A stretch of 64,000 nucleotides of DNA from Eledone cirrhosa (GCA_964016885.1 OZ024743.1:237832001-237896000); one strand, 5' to 3'. Numbered from the stretch's first letter, positions 13,161-26,409 are shown. The notes: generated by a model not told the origin, from the sequence alone. Made by a program: numbers and translations.

Positions 13161-15395
13161 CTAGCAGACTTACCCGGCGTTGCTCGGGGTTTGAAATTAT
13201 GCTAAGAATATACAGCTAGGATGAAAAAGAAGAACATTATTTGTCCCCAACCTGTCAAAATAAGCAGAAGTCTTCAATAATTAATGCAAACGAATATTTA
13301 GTGCAATCTTTGTATACATAAAACTATGCTGATAATGAAGGAAAACACTGAACAGGATGTAGTTATACAAATGATTAAAGACAATACACGTTGCAAATCT
13401 GTAAAAAAAACAGGCAGTTTTGCTAAAGTACAAAAAGTTGTAATGAAAGCAGAGTTGTATACAAACAAAAAAAAAAAAACAGTGAGTGTAGAATAAGAGA
13501 AAATCTATTCTTTGAGAGCATCCTTTGCTGTGTATGGTTACATTTTAAACTTATAATCCAAAATATCCTGCATGACATATTCATTGGTATGTTTTGTAAT
13601 GAGTAAGGTGAAGTCAAGGCAGAGCTGTAATAAGTTTTTTTGTTAACACTAAAGCACTCCAGGATAGACGATTTTCTTTGTTTTTCTTTTCGGAACAAAC
13701 GCAAAGAGATTATCTCAACTGCCAACTCGTGAGCAGGCAACGTAGAATTATCCGTGCGAAAAGCAAGGTTCATCCAAGTGAATTCCAGCGACGGACAGAG
13801 TTTGACCTTGCGACTTGTTTATGGACATCGCAAAGGCAACACGAAGGAGAAATTGGGTTCGTGAAAGGAGAAGGGAGTATCCCCGCCTGATGTAGTCAGG
13901 CTAATTTTTGTTATTATCACATCCTCGCCTTTTCCACATCCGGATAGAATGGTAGCGTCAATACTAAGTGGAGACAGTTTTTTAACCACAAGGCGTGTAC
14001 CATTGCATAGTTTTGGAGAAGTGATATTTCTCAGCCAAATAACTGGTGTTCCCTCTTTCAGAACCAATGTATTAGGAGGTAAACCAGAAGGATTTAAAGA
14101 ATTTAGAAATTCAACTAGATAATTTACCGCATCCTGTGGATCACATACAGTATCAATAGATTTATATATCCGTGGACATCCAGGAAGAAGCTGAAGAAGC
14201 TGATCGTTAATACAGCTAACCGTGATATTTTTGGGTACAAGAATGGCTCTTTCGCATAGCCAATCATGATTCGTATAGTTATCACGCAAGTTCGTGAATA
14301 CACTCGCCTTGAGATCATCGACAGTTTCAACTACATTGCAGATGTGATCAATTGCTATGTGTCCATCTGTATCCGGAGGTAGGTTACCATCTCCTATTGT
14401 AAGAATGTCTCCAGAAAATGTTGATGACAGAGGGTCCCCATGCAACCTTGCACGCATGTTGGTAGTTAGTCTTAATGATGTCACTTGTCGCCACAATAGT
14501 GAAGACTTAAGACATGCATTTACCGCATCTGCTTTTGTTCCTTTCGGTATTATAGGAAGAGTCTGTCTGAAGTCTCCTGATAGCACAAGGGTGACACCTC
14601 CTATAACATCACTGCAATCCCGTATGTCTTGCAAAGACCTGTCTAGTGCCTCAAGAGCACCTTTGTGCGCCATTGTGCACTCATCCCAAACAATAAGGTG
14701 ACACCTTCGCAGCAGATGAGCCCTTTCGGAGTCTTTGGTGATATGACAAGTAGGAGTTTCCAATTTTGCCAAATCAAGGGGCAATTTAAAAACTGAATGT
14801 GCCGTCCTTCCACCAGGGAGCAAAGTTGCTGCCTTTCATATTTTTGTACTGTCTCTGCAGATCTTGCTGCAGAAGTATCTGTAGCAACCATAGCAAGGCG
14901 TGTTTCACGTTGCTCTGTAGTCTCTGCAGCTCGTACTGCAGCAGTTGCTTTAGCATTATTGGTTCGCCGCACTAACTGACGCTCAGCGGCGAACAAAGAT
15001 GTTGCAATAACTGTACTCACTGCATTTAGTGATTGTCTATTTTCGGTTATCGGCGGAGCGTCAATTACACGCATTGTTTTCTTCGACCGATAGCCAATAT
15101 GTGCATACTTTCTTTTACGGGGCATATTTGGTGAAAAGGTTATCTCCCTTTTTATAAGGATTGTCAATAAAGTTTGTTATCTCCCTTACATCAATTTTTC
15201 TACCGATAATTTTGATATCGATTTTTTATTGCTCAACGTGGGTCGATTTGAATAATGGTTGTGATGTGACAATCTTAGCGACCTGTGCAACGTACACAGA
15301 CAATTTGGTCAAATTCAGTTGGTAATTGTGAAAGCCTTATGCATGCAAAGTTGTACACAGACACACACACATCCTCGCTTTTATATATATAAAGA
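13161..15395 (-). mobile_element. Helitron, internally deleted (2.2 kb), carrying the C-terminal half of a Pif1 helicase
   Basis: 5' TC at 15395 after A; 3' hairpin CCCGAGCAACGCCGGG plus CTAG at 13161 before T; no TSD. Confidence 0.92.
13690..14835 (-). pseudogene. Helitron Pif1-family helicase fragment
   Basis: GGRTAHSVF, WDECTM, GDFRQTLP, LRNI..LCNGTRL; after a frameshift FAMSINKSQGQTL and an HGQLYVACSR-like motif. Rep domain and Walker A are absent. Confidence 0.93.
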
Positions 15396-15467
15396 TGTAT
15401 AGAAATTTCGTATTTCGAATGTAAGCTACGGCTTCCTAAAATCGTATTTCTTTCGAAATACGAAATT

Positions 15468-15687
<220 letters not shown>

Positions 15688-15889
15688 TACATATATATAA
15701 ACCTGTAGTTGTCTGTGTGTCCCCTCATTTTTGCAAATTCTATACAAATTCCCATTTCTACTCCGATTGACTTCAAACTTGCATTTATATATTGCTTGCG
15801 GTCTAAAGATATTAACTGCAGCTTTTATTTTTCAATTTTCTGTTGTTAAAGAGGTGTTAGGCGCCGGTTATCGATCTCCGTCGCACCCT

Positions 15890-16145
15890 TATAATATCTG
15901 TCTGTATGTCTGGCTGTCTGCATTACGACATTATAACAAATATTGATGAGGTATTATGTTCGCTATTTTCCGTTCATTGCCAGGGAACGTTTTCACGAAC
16001 CAAAGTATCGTCTTCCTGTTTTCCTTCGGTTGCAACGTTTTTCGAAATATTTACTTCTGCGTTCACAGATTGATTTTTTAGTTTCAGAAGATCCCGTTAA
16101 GGGTAAAAGCAGCGATTCTTTGCTTAAACTTTAATCTGTTATTTT
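15890..16145 (+). mobile_element. 3' terminus of PLE family C
   Basis: Diverged copy of 19680-19879 ending GCTTAAACTTTAATCTGTTATT. The same terminus occurs at 37150-37208 (-) and 55995-56045 (+). Confidence 0.7.
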
Positions 16146-16851
16146 ACTATATAATATCAGCGAGGCAAGCCAGCCCAGTTGCCACTTCTTGCCAATAAAC
16201 ATTAACCCTTTGTGCGTCATTCATCTAACTGTAGACAAACAAATACCAACTAAACGGAGCGTTGACAAGAACGATGGCGAATGAATCTTCGAGGGAAGCA
16301 GTTTCTTCCCGAGCTGTTAGTTCACGCGGGATTCTCTGCTACACCTTTTCGTAATAATACCGAACAACGTACTGCTGGTCACTCCTTCCCCCAAAAGCCG
16401 TACTAAGCGGACATGTTCTCGGGTAGATGGATCGGGTGCAAATCTACACAAGGCGTACGCGAGAAATTCGCAAGGAACTGCACCGACAGGGATAGAGAGA
16501 AAGAGTAACTTAGTGACAAGAGTGCGAATGAACTTTTGAGGTCAGTAGCCTACGCCTTACTGCTATGACACTGGAACCTTCTGCTAACTTAACCTGTGAC
16601 TTTCTCTTTCACATTTACTCCAATAGGCCAAAACAGAGGAGTATGAAAAGAAAGCGCTCAAAAATATTTCTATGAACAATGCACGTAGACAGCTAAACTG
16701 TACTTTCAACTTCTTTATTTTCTCCAAATAAAACAAGTTTCCTGTCGGTATATTTTTGTGAGTTTTTAACAGGCACTCACAAATAAACTTTTGTAATTGG
16801 AGGTGCTATTACAAATGTTCTTACCCGCGAAACACCGGGATACACTGCTAG
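16146..16851 (+). mobile_element. Non-autonomous Helitron
   Basis: 3' hairpin CCCGCGAAACACCGGG followed by CTGCTAG|T at 16851. The 5' end is approximate. Confidence 0.65.
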
Positions 16852-17058
16852 TATATATATATATATATAACCAGAAACATTAGTGTCTGCAGTTCTGTTC
16901 ACATGCCAACACACAAGCAAGAATGAAGGGTTCATTCTACTGACATGGCTATAAAATTGAGGCTTGTTTGCATAATTGCAAACGAATCGAATATTATTAT
17001 TAATATTCGAAAAACTCAGATTATATTTATTGTATTTACCCATGTAGAGCGAAAATTT

Positions 17059-17108
<50 letters not shown>

Positions 17109-17207
17109 ATATATAGTAATAATAATAAAATTCAAGACAAATCCAAAGAGGGCTCGATAAGGAAAATATATATCAAATATATAAAAACCATAGAGCAAAT
17201 ATTTATT

Positions 17208-19879
17208 AAAATAACAGATTAAAGTTTAAGCAAAGAATCGCGGCTTTCACCCTTAACGGGATCTTCTGAAACTAACAAAGTCAATCTGTAAACGCAGAAC
17301 TGGATATTTCAAAAAACGTTGCAACCGGAGGAAGACAGGAAGACGATACTTTGGTTCGTGGAAACGTTCGCTGGCAAAGAACGGGAAAAAACGAATAATA
17401 CGTCATTAATAGGAGCGGTGAAAAACAATTACACACAAAGACAGAACCACGTTTATGGTATAAAAGAGGTCGTAGACTAATGTTCTCTTAGGTGGTGCAT
17501 AGAGACGTTCTCTGGCAATGAACGAAAAAACGAAGATAATAAGTCATATGTGGAGCGTGGAGAACAATAGCACGCAAAGCCAAAACCACATAAATGGTAT
17601 AGCAGAAGTCGTAGACTAAAATACTAACTAGGAAACCAATGCAAACAGATACGTACATACACAAGCATCCGCAAAACCTTACCATAGGTATACGAAGCCA
17701 CGCACATATAAATATGTTTGTGTGTGTATGCTTGTGTACAAATAAATAAATAATTATATAAACGTATATAAGTAAATAAATACGTATATAACAAGCACAC
17801 GCACATACCTACAAATAAATACACGAATGTTCGGAGACGTAAGTCAACTAAAACAAGAAGTACACATATACACACACCCACCATACGTACGGACCTGCAT
17901 ACTCACGCAGACGCAAAACTCCCGTATACACATAGCCAAACCCTAAATACCAGAATATGTAAAAATTATACGCCATAACAGTCAAATATACGTACGAGAG
18001 GGTAAACATACCTTCACAAAACATACGGGTAATATATACTTACCTATGCAAATAAGTAAAGGAATAAACAAAACATATACTTAGCTCCCGCATCAAGACG
18101 TAAAATATCCACGTATAGATCGTGCTATCCGTTGGGGTATATCGTGGGGCTGTAATACAGGAAAGTTTTGTGCAATTTATGTTTACAAGCCGAAATTGCC
18201 TCGGATTTTTTGTTTAAGATGTGGTCTGTGGCGTAGAGTATTTCCAGGGCCTCAGCGTGGGTGTTACAACCTTACATTTGTAGACAATGTTACTAGATAG
18301 GCATTTCCCGGATAGGGGGCAATCAGCCCGATTCCTACAATTACAGTTAGTACTAACTACAGGGTTGCACGTGTTCCTACGGCTAGGTAGTTTAGCTAAA
18401 TTTGAAGCTGTGATGTTATGTGCAAGGTTAGGAGTCGTTGAGTAAGAAATTTTAATAGTATTTCTATTAAAAATTTTACTATATTTATGTGTAGGGGAAA
18501 ATGCTTCGTAATAAGGGAAAGAAAGATCTTAGCTAATGGTGTGGCCACCTCCATATTATATGGTGGGTTAAACCAACAAATGCGACGGGATCTATTTCTT
18601 CTAGGTCTATTTTCGTACTCTGTATAAGCTACTTTATCGACAAATCCACTTCGAGCAAGAGCTTCATTGTAATAAGTGGAATGGTCGTTGAAAATGCGTT
18701 CGTTGGTGGAATATGACGTCACTTTCAGCTTATATCTGGAGTCTAAAAGACAACCACACCCAATATAAGTTACACTGGGAGATCCTAGCTAGGGCTAGAT
18801 CGTATTACGGAAATAAAAGACCATGTGACCTCTGCGCCGCTGAGGCCCTGGAAATACTCTACGCCACAGACCACATCTTAAACAAAAAATCCGAGGCAAT
18901 TTCGGCTTGTAAACATAAATTGCACAAAACTTTCCTGTATTACAGCCCCACGATATACCCCAACGGATAGCACGATCTATACGTGGATATTTTACGTCTT
19001 GATGCGGGAGCTAAGTATATGTTTTGTTTATTCCTTTGCATAGGTAAGTATATATTACCCGTATGTTTTGTGAAGGTATGTATACCTTCTCGTACGTATA
19101 TTTGACTGTTATGGCGTATAATTTTTACATATTCTGGTATTTAGGGTTTGGCTATGTGTATACGGGAGTTTTGCGTCTGCGTGAGTATGCAGGTCCGTAC
19201 GTATGGTGGGTGTGTGTATATGTGTAATTCTTGTTTTAGTTGACTTACGTCTCCGAACATTCGTGTATTTATTTGTAGGTATGTGCGTGTGCTTGTTATA
19301 TACGTATTTATTTACTTATATACGTTTATATAATTATTTATTTATTTGTACACAAGCATACACACACAAACATATTTATATGTGCGTGGCTTCGTATACC
19401 TATGGTAAGGTTTTGCGGATGCTTGTGTATGTACGTATCTGTTTGCGTTGGTCTCCTAGTTAGTATTTTAGTCTACGACTTCTGCTATACCATTTATGTG
19501 GTTTTGGCTTTGCGTGCTATTGTTCTCCACGCTCCACATATGACTTATTATCTTCGTTTTTTCGTTCATTGCCAGAGAACGTCTCTATGCACCACCTAAG
19601 AGAACATTAGTCTACGACCTCTTTTATACCATAAATGTGGTTCTGTCTTTGTGTGTAATTGTTTTTCACCGCTCCTATTAATGACGTATTATTCGTTTTT
19701 TCCCGTTCTTTGCCAGCGAACGTTTCCACGAACCAAAGTATCGTCTTCCTGTCTTCCTCCGGTTGCAACGTTTTTTGAAATATCCAGTTCTGCGTTTACA
19801 GATTGACTTTGTTAGTTTCAGAAGATCCCGTTAAGGGTGAAAGCAGCGATTCTTTGCTTAAACTTTAATCTGTTATTTT
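17208..19879 (+). mobile_element. Naiad-like PLE (family C), 5'-truncated, with ~1.04-kb inverted terminal arms
   Basis: 17208-18257 is the reverse complement of 18838-19879 (about 7 substitutions and one 8-nt indel). The spacer holds an inverted RT-thumb/CNC..CPL..C piece (YNEALARSG, WFNPP) and the forward GIY-YIG tail (TSLSAYIW..CDLC..CKH). Confidence 0.9.
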
Positions 19880-19935
19880 GTGTGTGTATGTGTGTGTTTA
19901 TGTGTGTGTGTGTGTGTGTGTGTGTGTATTATATA

Positions 19936-20335
19936 CTAGCAGTGGTATCCGACGTTGCACGGGATAAGGTATCGACTTTATTTCACTCGCTCCACTAATA
20001 ATTGGATTTTCTTTGCTCGCGGTATGAAGAAGAGACTGACTAATACATAGTTACCGGCTTTCATTTTTAGTGTTGTGTGAAATATAAAACCGCCTTAGCT
20101 AAGTTAGTATTGGCACAACCACGGCTGGCAAAGAAGTAAGGGTCTGGTGGTACGTGAGGAAGAAGTTGTGTGCACTTATTTGGGGAATGAGTGTGAAATT
20201 TGTCTTGAGCAAGGGTGGCAGAATAACCCGAGGCAGTGGGCCGTAAGTGGAAAATCTGCACGCAGAGGGAATTTTGGGAAGTGACATAATGCAGACAGCC
20301 AGACATACAGACAGATATTATAAGGGCGCTTTCTG
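19936..20335 (-). mobile_element. Non-autonomous Helitron fragment
   Basis: CTAG end at 19936 with hairpin CCCGTGCAACGTCGG; body matches 48050-48310. Confidence 0.75.
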
Positions 20336-20372
20336 GACGCAGTGAGAATTGTGGGAAGTGATATATATATAT

Positions 20373-20475
<103 letters not shown>

Positions 20476-20511
20476 TATATATATATATATTATGTTATAT
20501 TATATTATATA

Positions 20512-21147
20512 CTAGCAGTGGTACCCGGCGTTGCACGATATAAGGTATTTTGGAACGCGGGTCGCCAACAGACCTAATCATGGAAAAACTGCATGCCTGG
20601 ACAATATGTAAAGAAAATAAACCAAATACTCTGATGGCTGGATAATCTTTAAGATTTTCCTCGATGAAGCAGGAAAAATGCAGGTTTTCACCAAATGCGG
20701 GCCCTAGGGGATCAAGAAAATTAATTTTTTTTTATGTGCATAATATGCCTTGAAATTTCGGGAAAATCGGCTAGATGTAACGCCTCAAAAAAGCCCTAAA
20801 AAGCTGAAAAAATGAAGTTTTTCACATAATGCGGGCCCTAGGCCATAAAAAAGTTGGATTTTCTTTGATCACGGTATGAAGAAAAGACTGACTAATACAT
20901 AGTTACAATTTCAAGGAGATCAGTCTGCGTAACGTCTCAAAAATCCCCATAAACCTGAAAAAAACGGAGTTTTTCACCTAATGCGGGCCCTAGGGGATCA
21001 ACAAGTTGAATTTATGTGCATAACACTCCGTGAAATATAAGTAATACACATGTAAAGTTTGAAAAAAATCGGTTGGGTACTTCTCGAGTTTTAGGGATTC
21101 AAACTCACAGACACACACAGAGACAGCCATCCTCAGTTTTACATATG

Positions 21148-21150
<3 letters not shown>
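20512..21150 (-). mobile_element. Non-autonomous Helitron, same family as 47823-49234
   Basis: Reverse complement of about 48620-49234; CTAG end plus hairpin. Confidence 0.85.
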
Positions 21151-21238
<88 letters not shown>

Positions 21239-21240
<2 letters not shown>

Positions 21241-21643
21241 CGAAGGAAATGTTGTAAGGAACCAGGTGGACCATAACGCACCAAAGTACTCAATACTTAG
21301 GGTAGTAGAGTGGGTAATAGGAAGGAGTAGGACCCCGACGGCTGAGCTCAAGTATTAAAATAAGTTTCGGGCCAATTCGTGTTGCAAAAATTCTTGTGGT
21401 CAAAACAATTTTGATTGGTCGGTAGAGGTCACGTGAAGGTTAAAAATTGATTTTGCGCCAAATGTAGGTTTGTCGAAGAGTGTCCTTTTTTGCCTGATTG
21501 AGAAGTCACTGAAAAATAAATCTTTTAAGACAAATATGTGAGTGTAGTAAAGAGGTTCATTGTTGTGATAATGGTCAGTAGGGATGTGTGTGTGAATTGC
21601 AGTCATGTTGAAAGGTCAACAGTTCAGGTGCCTATTAAGACAA

Positions 21644-21676
<33 letters not shown>

Positions 21677-23632
21677 TTTGTTGTTGAGGGGGCACGTAGA
21701 TCTATCAGGGCAGTTACACCTCCTGGTCGGCTCTCCACTGATGTCTAGGTTATTTCTTCCATAGGATTTGTGTTTTTTGTTGTTTGAGGAGACGATGTTT
21801 TGTGCGAAGGTAGGTGTGGTGATGTAGGTGAGTTTGGTGGTGTTTTTGTTGATTATGTTGTGGTAGCGGTGTTGTAGTGAGGAGTGTTTTTCGAGGAGTC
21901 TAAAGAAGATTTTCCCGATAGGTGTTGCCACCTCGGCATTATGGGGAGGATTGAACCACGTTACGCTGCGTGAGCGGCGGTGTTGCCTGCTGGTTACGCT
22001 AAGGGAAGCTGGATAAAAGGATATTTCCTCCCGGAAGCCACTCCGCTTGAGGGCCTGGTTGTAATGAGGCGCGTGTTCGTCGAATATCTGCACATTAGCG
22101 GACAAACGAGATATGCGGAGGGAGATGTTTTTAACCAGGTTATTGGTGATGTTTCTAGGATGGTTAGAGGGGTGGTGGATGTAGTGCAGGTTGTCGTTTG
22201 GTTTCGTGTATGGGTAGTACAGATTATTTTCGAGGTTAAGGGTAACGTCCAGGAAATTGACTCGGAAATTGACTCTGGAAAAAATAACCTAGACATCAGT
22301 GGAGAGCCGACCAGGAGGTGTAACTGCCCTGATATATCTACGTGCCCCCTCAACAACAAATGCTGAGAACGTAACGTGATCTACCAGTGCAACGTGAGGT
22401 GGACACCTCCAACAAAACTTATATAGGATTAACCGCGTGTGACTTCAAGACCTGGCTCTACCAACACCGACATACTTTCCGAGACCCAGTCCGGCGACAT
22501 GCCACTACACTTTCGGGCCACATCTGGGATCTCCAAGATAATAATATAACCTACAATCTCACTTGGAGCTTACTGTCCAGAGCTAACTCTTACACGGGAG
22601 GACGCCGTCCGTGTAACTTATGCTCGGAGCAAACATTACAATTGCTGTTTTCGAAGGCCCAACTCCTAAACAAGAAAGACGAACTGGTAACCGCATGCAA
22701 ACACAGATTGCGTAGGACTTACCTCACCCTCAAACCCCATAACGACCCGGGTGGGTAGACAAGGGCTGGTACCCCTACTTGCCGAATAAGTTAGGGGAAA
22801 CCTCAGCTTACATAGGTAGATGTATCTCCTTTCTTTTCTTTTCCTCTTTGTCTTCTTCTTCCCCCCTGTCTCATCCTATCACTTCCTTCCACCCCCTATT
22901 TTCTTCCTCGTCTGCTTTTCCTCTTTCGCCTACCCCGATGCAGCCCATCGGGCCTCTGTAGCATCAGTTCCCCACCCCTGTAATTTTAAGATAGAATTGG
23001 CCCAATACGTTTTACTAACTACTTATAGCAGACGTGTTAAATCCCTTTAATTTTGTATCAGTTTTGGTACTACTAAATTTCTACAAGTTTTTTTTATTCT
23101 CAACATATTAACTTGTAATTGTAAGATAGCATTGTGATTTTTTAAATTCATATCTCACTATCTAATTTTATATATTTTTTTTATTTCTTTCTATTATCTT
23201 TTATTGTCTCCTATTCTCATTCGATTTACCTATTCTATAACCTCCCTCCTCCACTTCATACACTATTCTGCTGTATACATATCACTTTCAACGCTTGACC
23301 GCTCCACTCACTACCCTATTGTTCTACAGGCAAGTTCAGCCAGCCCTACCTCCCACCAATTGCCATGATAGACTTATTTGTGTTTACAACAAATTTTAAC
23401 CAATCCTCTTGACAACTACAATCTTCCCATATAAGGAAGTACCCTCTTGACAAGTTCGGCTATTTATTCACCAGGCTAAAAATTCTAATTTAGTCCAGAA
23501 ATAGCCGTCGAAACGGCTTGAGCTCTGCCGTCGGGGTCACACTTTTTCCTATTTCCCACTCTACTATCCTAAGTATTGAGTACTCTGGTGCGTTATGGTC
23601 CATGTGGTTCCTTACCACAATTCCTTTGTTAT
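21239..23632 (+). mobile_element. Naiad-like PLE (family B), truncated, with inverted 5' part
   Basis: Inverted 3'-terminus copy (21239-21352); inverted RT-thumb segment (about 21673-22265: YNQALKRSG, WFNPP, CNC..CPL); forward Zn-finger/GIY-YIG (22277-22758: YIGLT..FK..TTLSGHIW..CNLC..CKH); 3' UTR to 23632; flanked by (TA)n. Confidence 0.9.
23441..23537 (+). ncRNA. Type I hammerhead motif with U3:A8 variant core (UUGACAA)
   Basis: Stem I CCTC/GGGG; TTGACAA 23447-23453; stem II G..CGGCTATTT/AAATAGCCG.C; GAAA 23510-23513; stem III CGGC/GCCG with GAGCTC in the loop; GTC site. Confidence 0.75.
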
Positions 23633-23799
23633 ATATACGAGCAGAAAATATATATATTTGTAAATGTATATATATATATACATATATACTAGCAGAAAAA
23701 CCGCCCACGGCCGGTTTTCTGCTAGCATATGTAGTGTGCATATTGGTATTATACGCAAATATATATGTAAATTGAAAAGTAAATTGATAATATCTTCTT

Positions 23800-24430
23800 C
23801 ATCCACTTATTTCTAAAAGGGTCGTGGGAGCAGAGTCCTTCTCAAACACTCCTTCCAGCGAGTCTGTCAGTAGCAAACATCTCTAACTGATGCAGCTGGA
23901 TCCCAAAGCGTGAACAGCCAAGCTCATGGATGTTATCCAACTATCTTGCTCAGGGCCTACCTCTGGGTTTCTTGACGGTTGCTTTTGCCTGTAAGATGTG
24001 TACAGCGATTCTTTACTTGGACATTCTAACCACATGCTCATAACATCGGAGTTGTGATCTCTCAATTCGGAGAAGTAGCAGCTCTACCATGAGTGACTCT
24101 CTGGTCTCTGAGCTATGCACCTTATCGAGTAAAGCTACTCCAAAGACCCTTCGGAGGAATCCCATTTCTGCCGCTTTTATTTGCAATTGTATTCTTTTGG
24201 TCATTACTCAAGATTCATGATCCTCGGTAAGAGTTGGCTGGAATGCCAGGAAGACAGCCAGTTTGGCTTTTACACCTACCCCTTTCTTCTGATTGATTAA
24301 TGCTGGGGCTGGCACATTACTGCATCAGCTTTTGCAATTCTTGCACTTAATTCAGCCTCCTGCATTTCATCACTCATGAACACGGCTCCAAGATACTTGA
24401 ACTTCTCTAACTGCTTCAGTAGAACTCTAT
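23800..24430 (-). mobile_element. RTE-clade LINE 3' fragment (tail repeated at 47060-47250)
   Basis: EKFKYLG, AAEMGFLRRV, IERSQLRCYEHVVRM: the RTE C-terminal region. Confidence 0.8.
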
Positions 24431-24609
24431 TCGCATGTATATAAATTTGAGGGACTTCTGTCCACCCGTCCATCACGCAATGTGTACGTGTGTTTGTGTG
24501 AATGTATGTGTGTGTAAAAGGAAGGAAGGGATACACACATGTATGTCTCTAACTTAAAAACAGTGACACACACACGTCTCTAATTTAAGAACACCGACAA
24601 ACTCGCGTG

Positions 24610-25075
24610 TGCTCATACACACACTGTCGTATTACCACTCAAGAGCTTTGGCGCGGGCAAACATCTCCTCAATTTTGGAACTGTCTGGGTTGTCCAAAAT
24701 TGATGGGAAAAGACTTAACGGTCTTACTCTGTCAAGAGGCAGGTGCTTACCTGGGACGTCACAGTTAGTGACTCTTTTGCTTCTTCCCACATTCTGGATG
24801 CAGCGGTAAGGGCGAGAGCTACAGCATCCGCAGCTGAACGGAACAAAATCCTAAAATACCGTGTTCTGTTAGCTAACTACATTATCCAGCCTGTGGCATT
24901 CGAGACGTTTGGGGAGTCGGGCTACTGATATTGAGGTGCTTATCTTCACTGGCGGCTCGCCAAACAGAGGTAACTGGTGATGCTCGTGGGGGCAATTGGT
25001 TGTTCCAGCACCTCAGCCTCGCCATCATCCCAGGTAACGCCGCGAGCTTGTTGGCCTGCCTCAAAAATTATTAGA
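24610..25075 (+). mobile_element. Restriction-like endonuclease remnant of a CRE/R2-superfamily LINE
   Basis: DGKRLNGLTL (degenerate RPDG), LTWDVTVSD, AAERNKILKY, PVAFETFG, FQHLSLAI.GNA across frames. Confidence 0.75.
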
Positions 25076-25848
25076 GAGGTTTCCCAGTGCTCCTCGCTAT
25101 ATTACTATCTTTTGCTCTGGTAGCGGCTCGTTTTTCCATTCTTTCGCCTGCATATTGTTCTATGGGGTCTAAGATGTGGGTACTAGTGCTTGTGTATTTT
25201 TTCTCTTTTTTCCTTTCCCTTTCCTTTGTATATATTATCTTCGTTTGTGTTTTCGTTCTGTATACATTATATTACATTTTTATATAAATGAGTTAAAAAA
25301 AAAGAGTTAACCTGTGTTGTTAATAAATAAATAAAACGTTATACTTGTTTTACCCTCCCCTTTCCAATTCACCGAACACTATCATGACTGTAAGTGTATG
25401 TTTGTGTAAATGTATATTTGAATGTATGTTTGTGTGAATGTTTTTGTGTGAAAGTATGTGTATTTATGTGAATGTATGTCCGTGAGGGTGTATTTTTATA
25501 AGTTTGTGTTTGCGCGATTATAGTTATATACTCATACATATAGATGTACGTATGTGCACAATCATACGCTACGGCGTGGAGAAAATCATAATCACACTAT
25601 CTCCCTCATCACACACTCTCTTTTTATATATATAGTAGTTGAAGTGTTGGTGGTGGCGACGATATACCGGAAGTCTAGAAATTTGTAACTTTGAAAAGAA
25701 GTCAATTTTAAATTATTTATAAATACGAAATTTAGTACATAAATTATGTAATATTGATTCATTATTTATTCAAAGTAGTCGAACTTATTTTACAAACGGG
25801 ATAAAAAAAAATTGATTCTGGATGCAGTCCCGCACTCCTTACTTTATT

Positions 25849-25886
<38 letters not shown>

Positions 25887-25919
25887 TATATATATATTTA
25901 TTATATATTATATATATAT

Positions 25920-25991
<72 letters not shown>

Positions 25992-26216
25992 ATATATATA
26001 TATATATATCGTATATTATATATATATATTATATATATATCGTATATTATATATATATATATTATATATTATATTATATATATATATATATATATGAATG
26101 TATGTATAGTATATTTTGGCAATATACTGTATGTTTAATTAAAAACATTTTGAAGACCTTGCGCTATTATTTTAAAGTAGTGACTATGTCACTTCTTTTT
26201 TCAACAAAGGAAGGGA

Positions 26217-26266
26217 GATAAGCTGACAGATCTGTTTCACACTGTTGGTGTTCATCAGAGCTTACC
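26217..26266 (-). ncRNA. Minimal type I hammerhead ribozyme (most canonical copy)
   Basis: Minus strand reads GGTAAGCT CTGATGA ACAC-CAACA-GTGT GAAA CAGATCTG TC AGCTTATC: all core bases present, 8-bp stem I, palindromic stem III, GUC site. Confidence 0.9.
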
Positions 26267-26409
26267 ACTCGCCGACCTTGTTGAAAATTGTAGAGGCTGG
26301 ATTCTTATAGAATTCCAGTAACAATCAGGAACTTATTATATAGAGCGATTGCCGGTCCAGCAAAAATTGAAAATTAGGATTGGTGCTCTGAAATAGCGAT
26401 GTATACATG

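Noticed and set aside
13819-14823. Host PIF1 helicase gene
   Set aside because: Intronless, truncated, frameshifted and enclosed by Helitron termini.
17488-19599. Duplicated small ORF pairs (MVGVCICV.., MVRFCGCL..) on opposite strands
   Set aside because: A consequence of the inverted PLE 3' UTR duplication; no coding signature.
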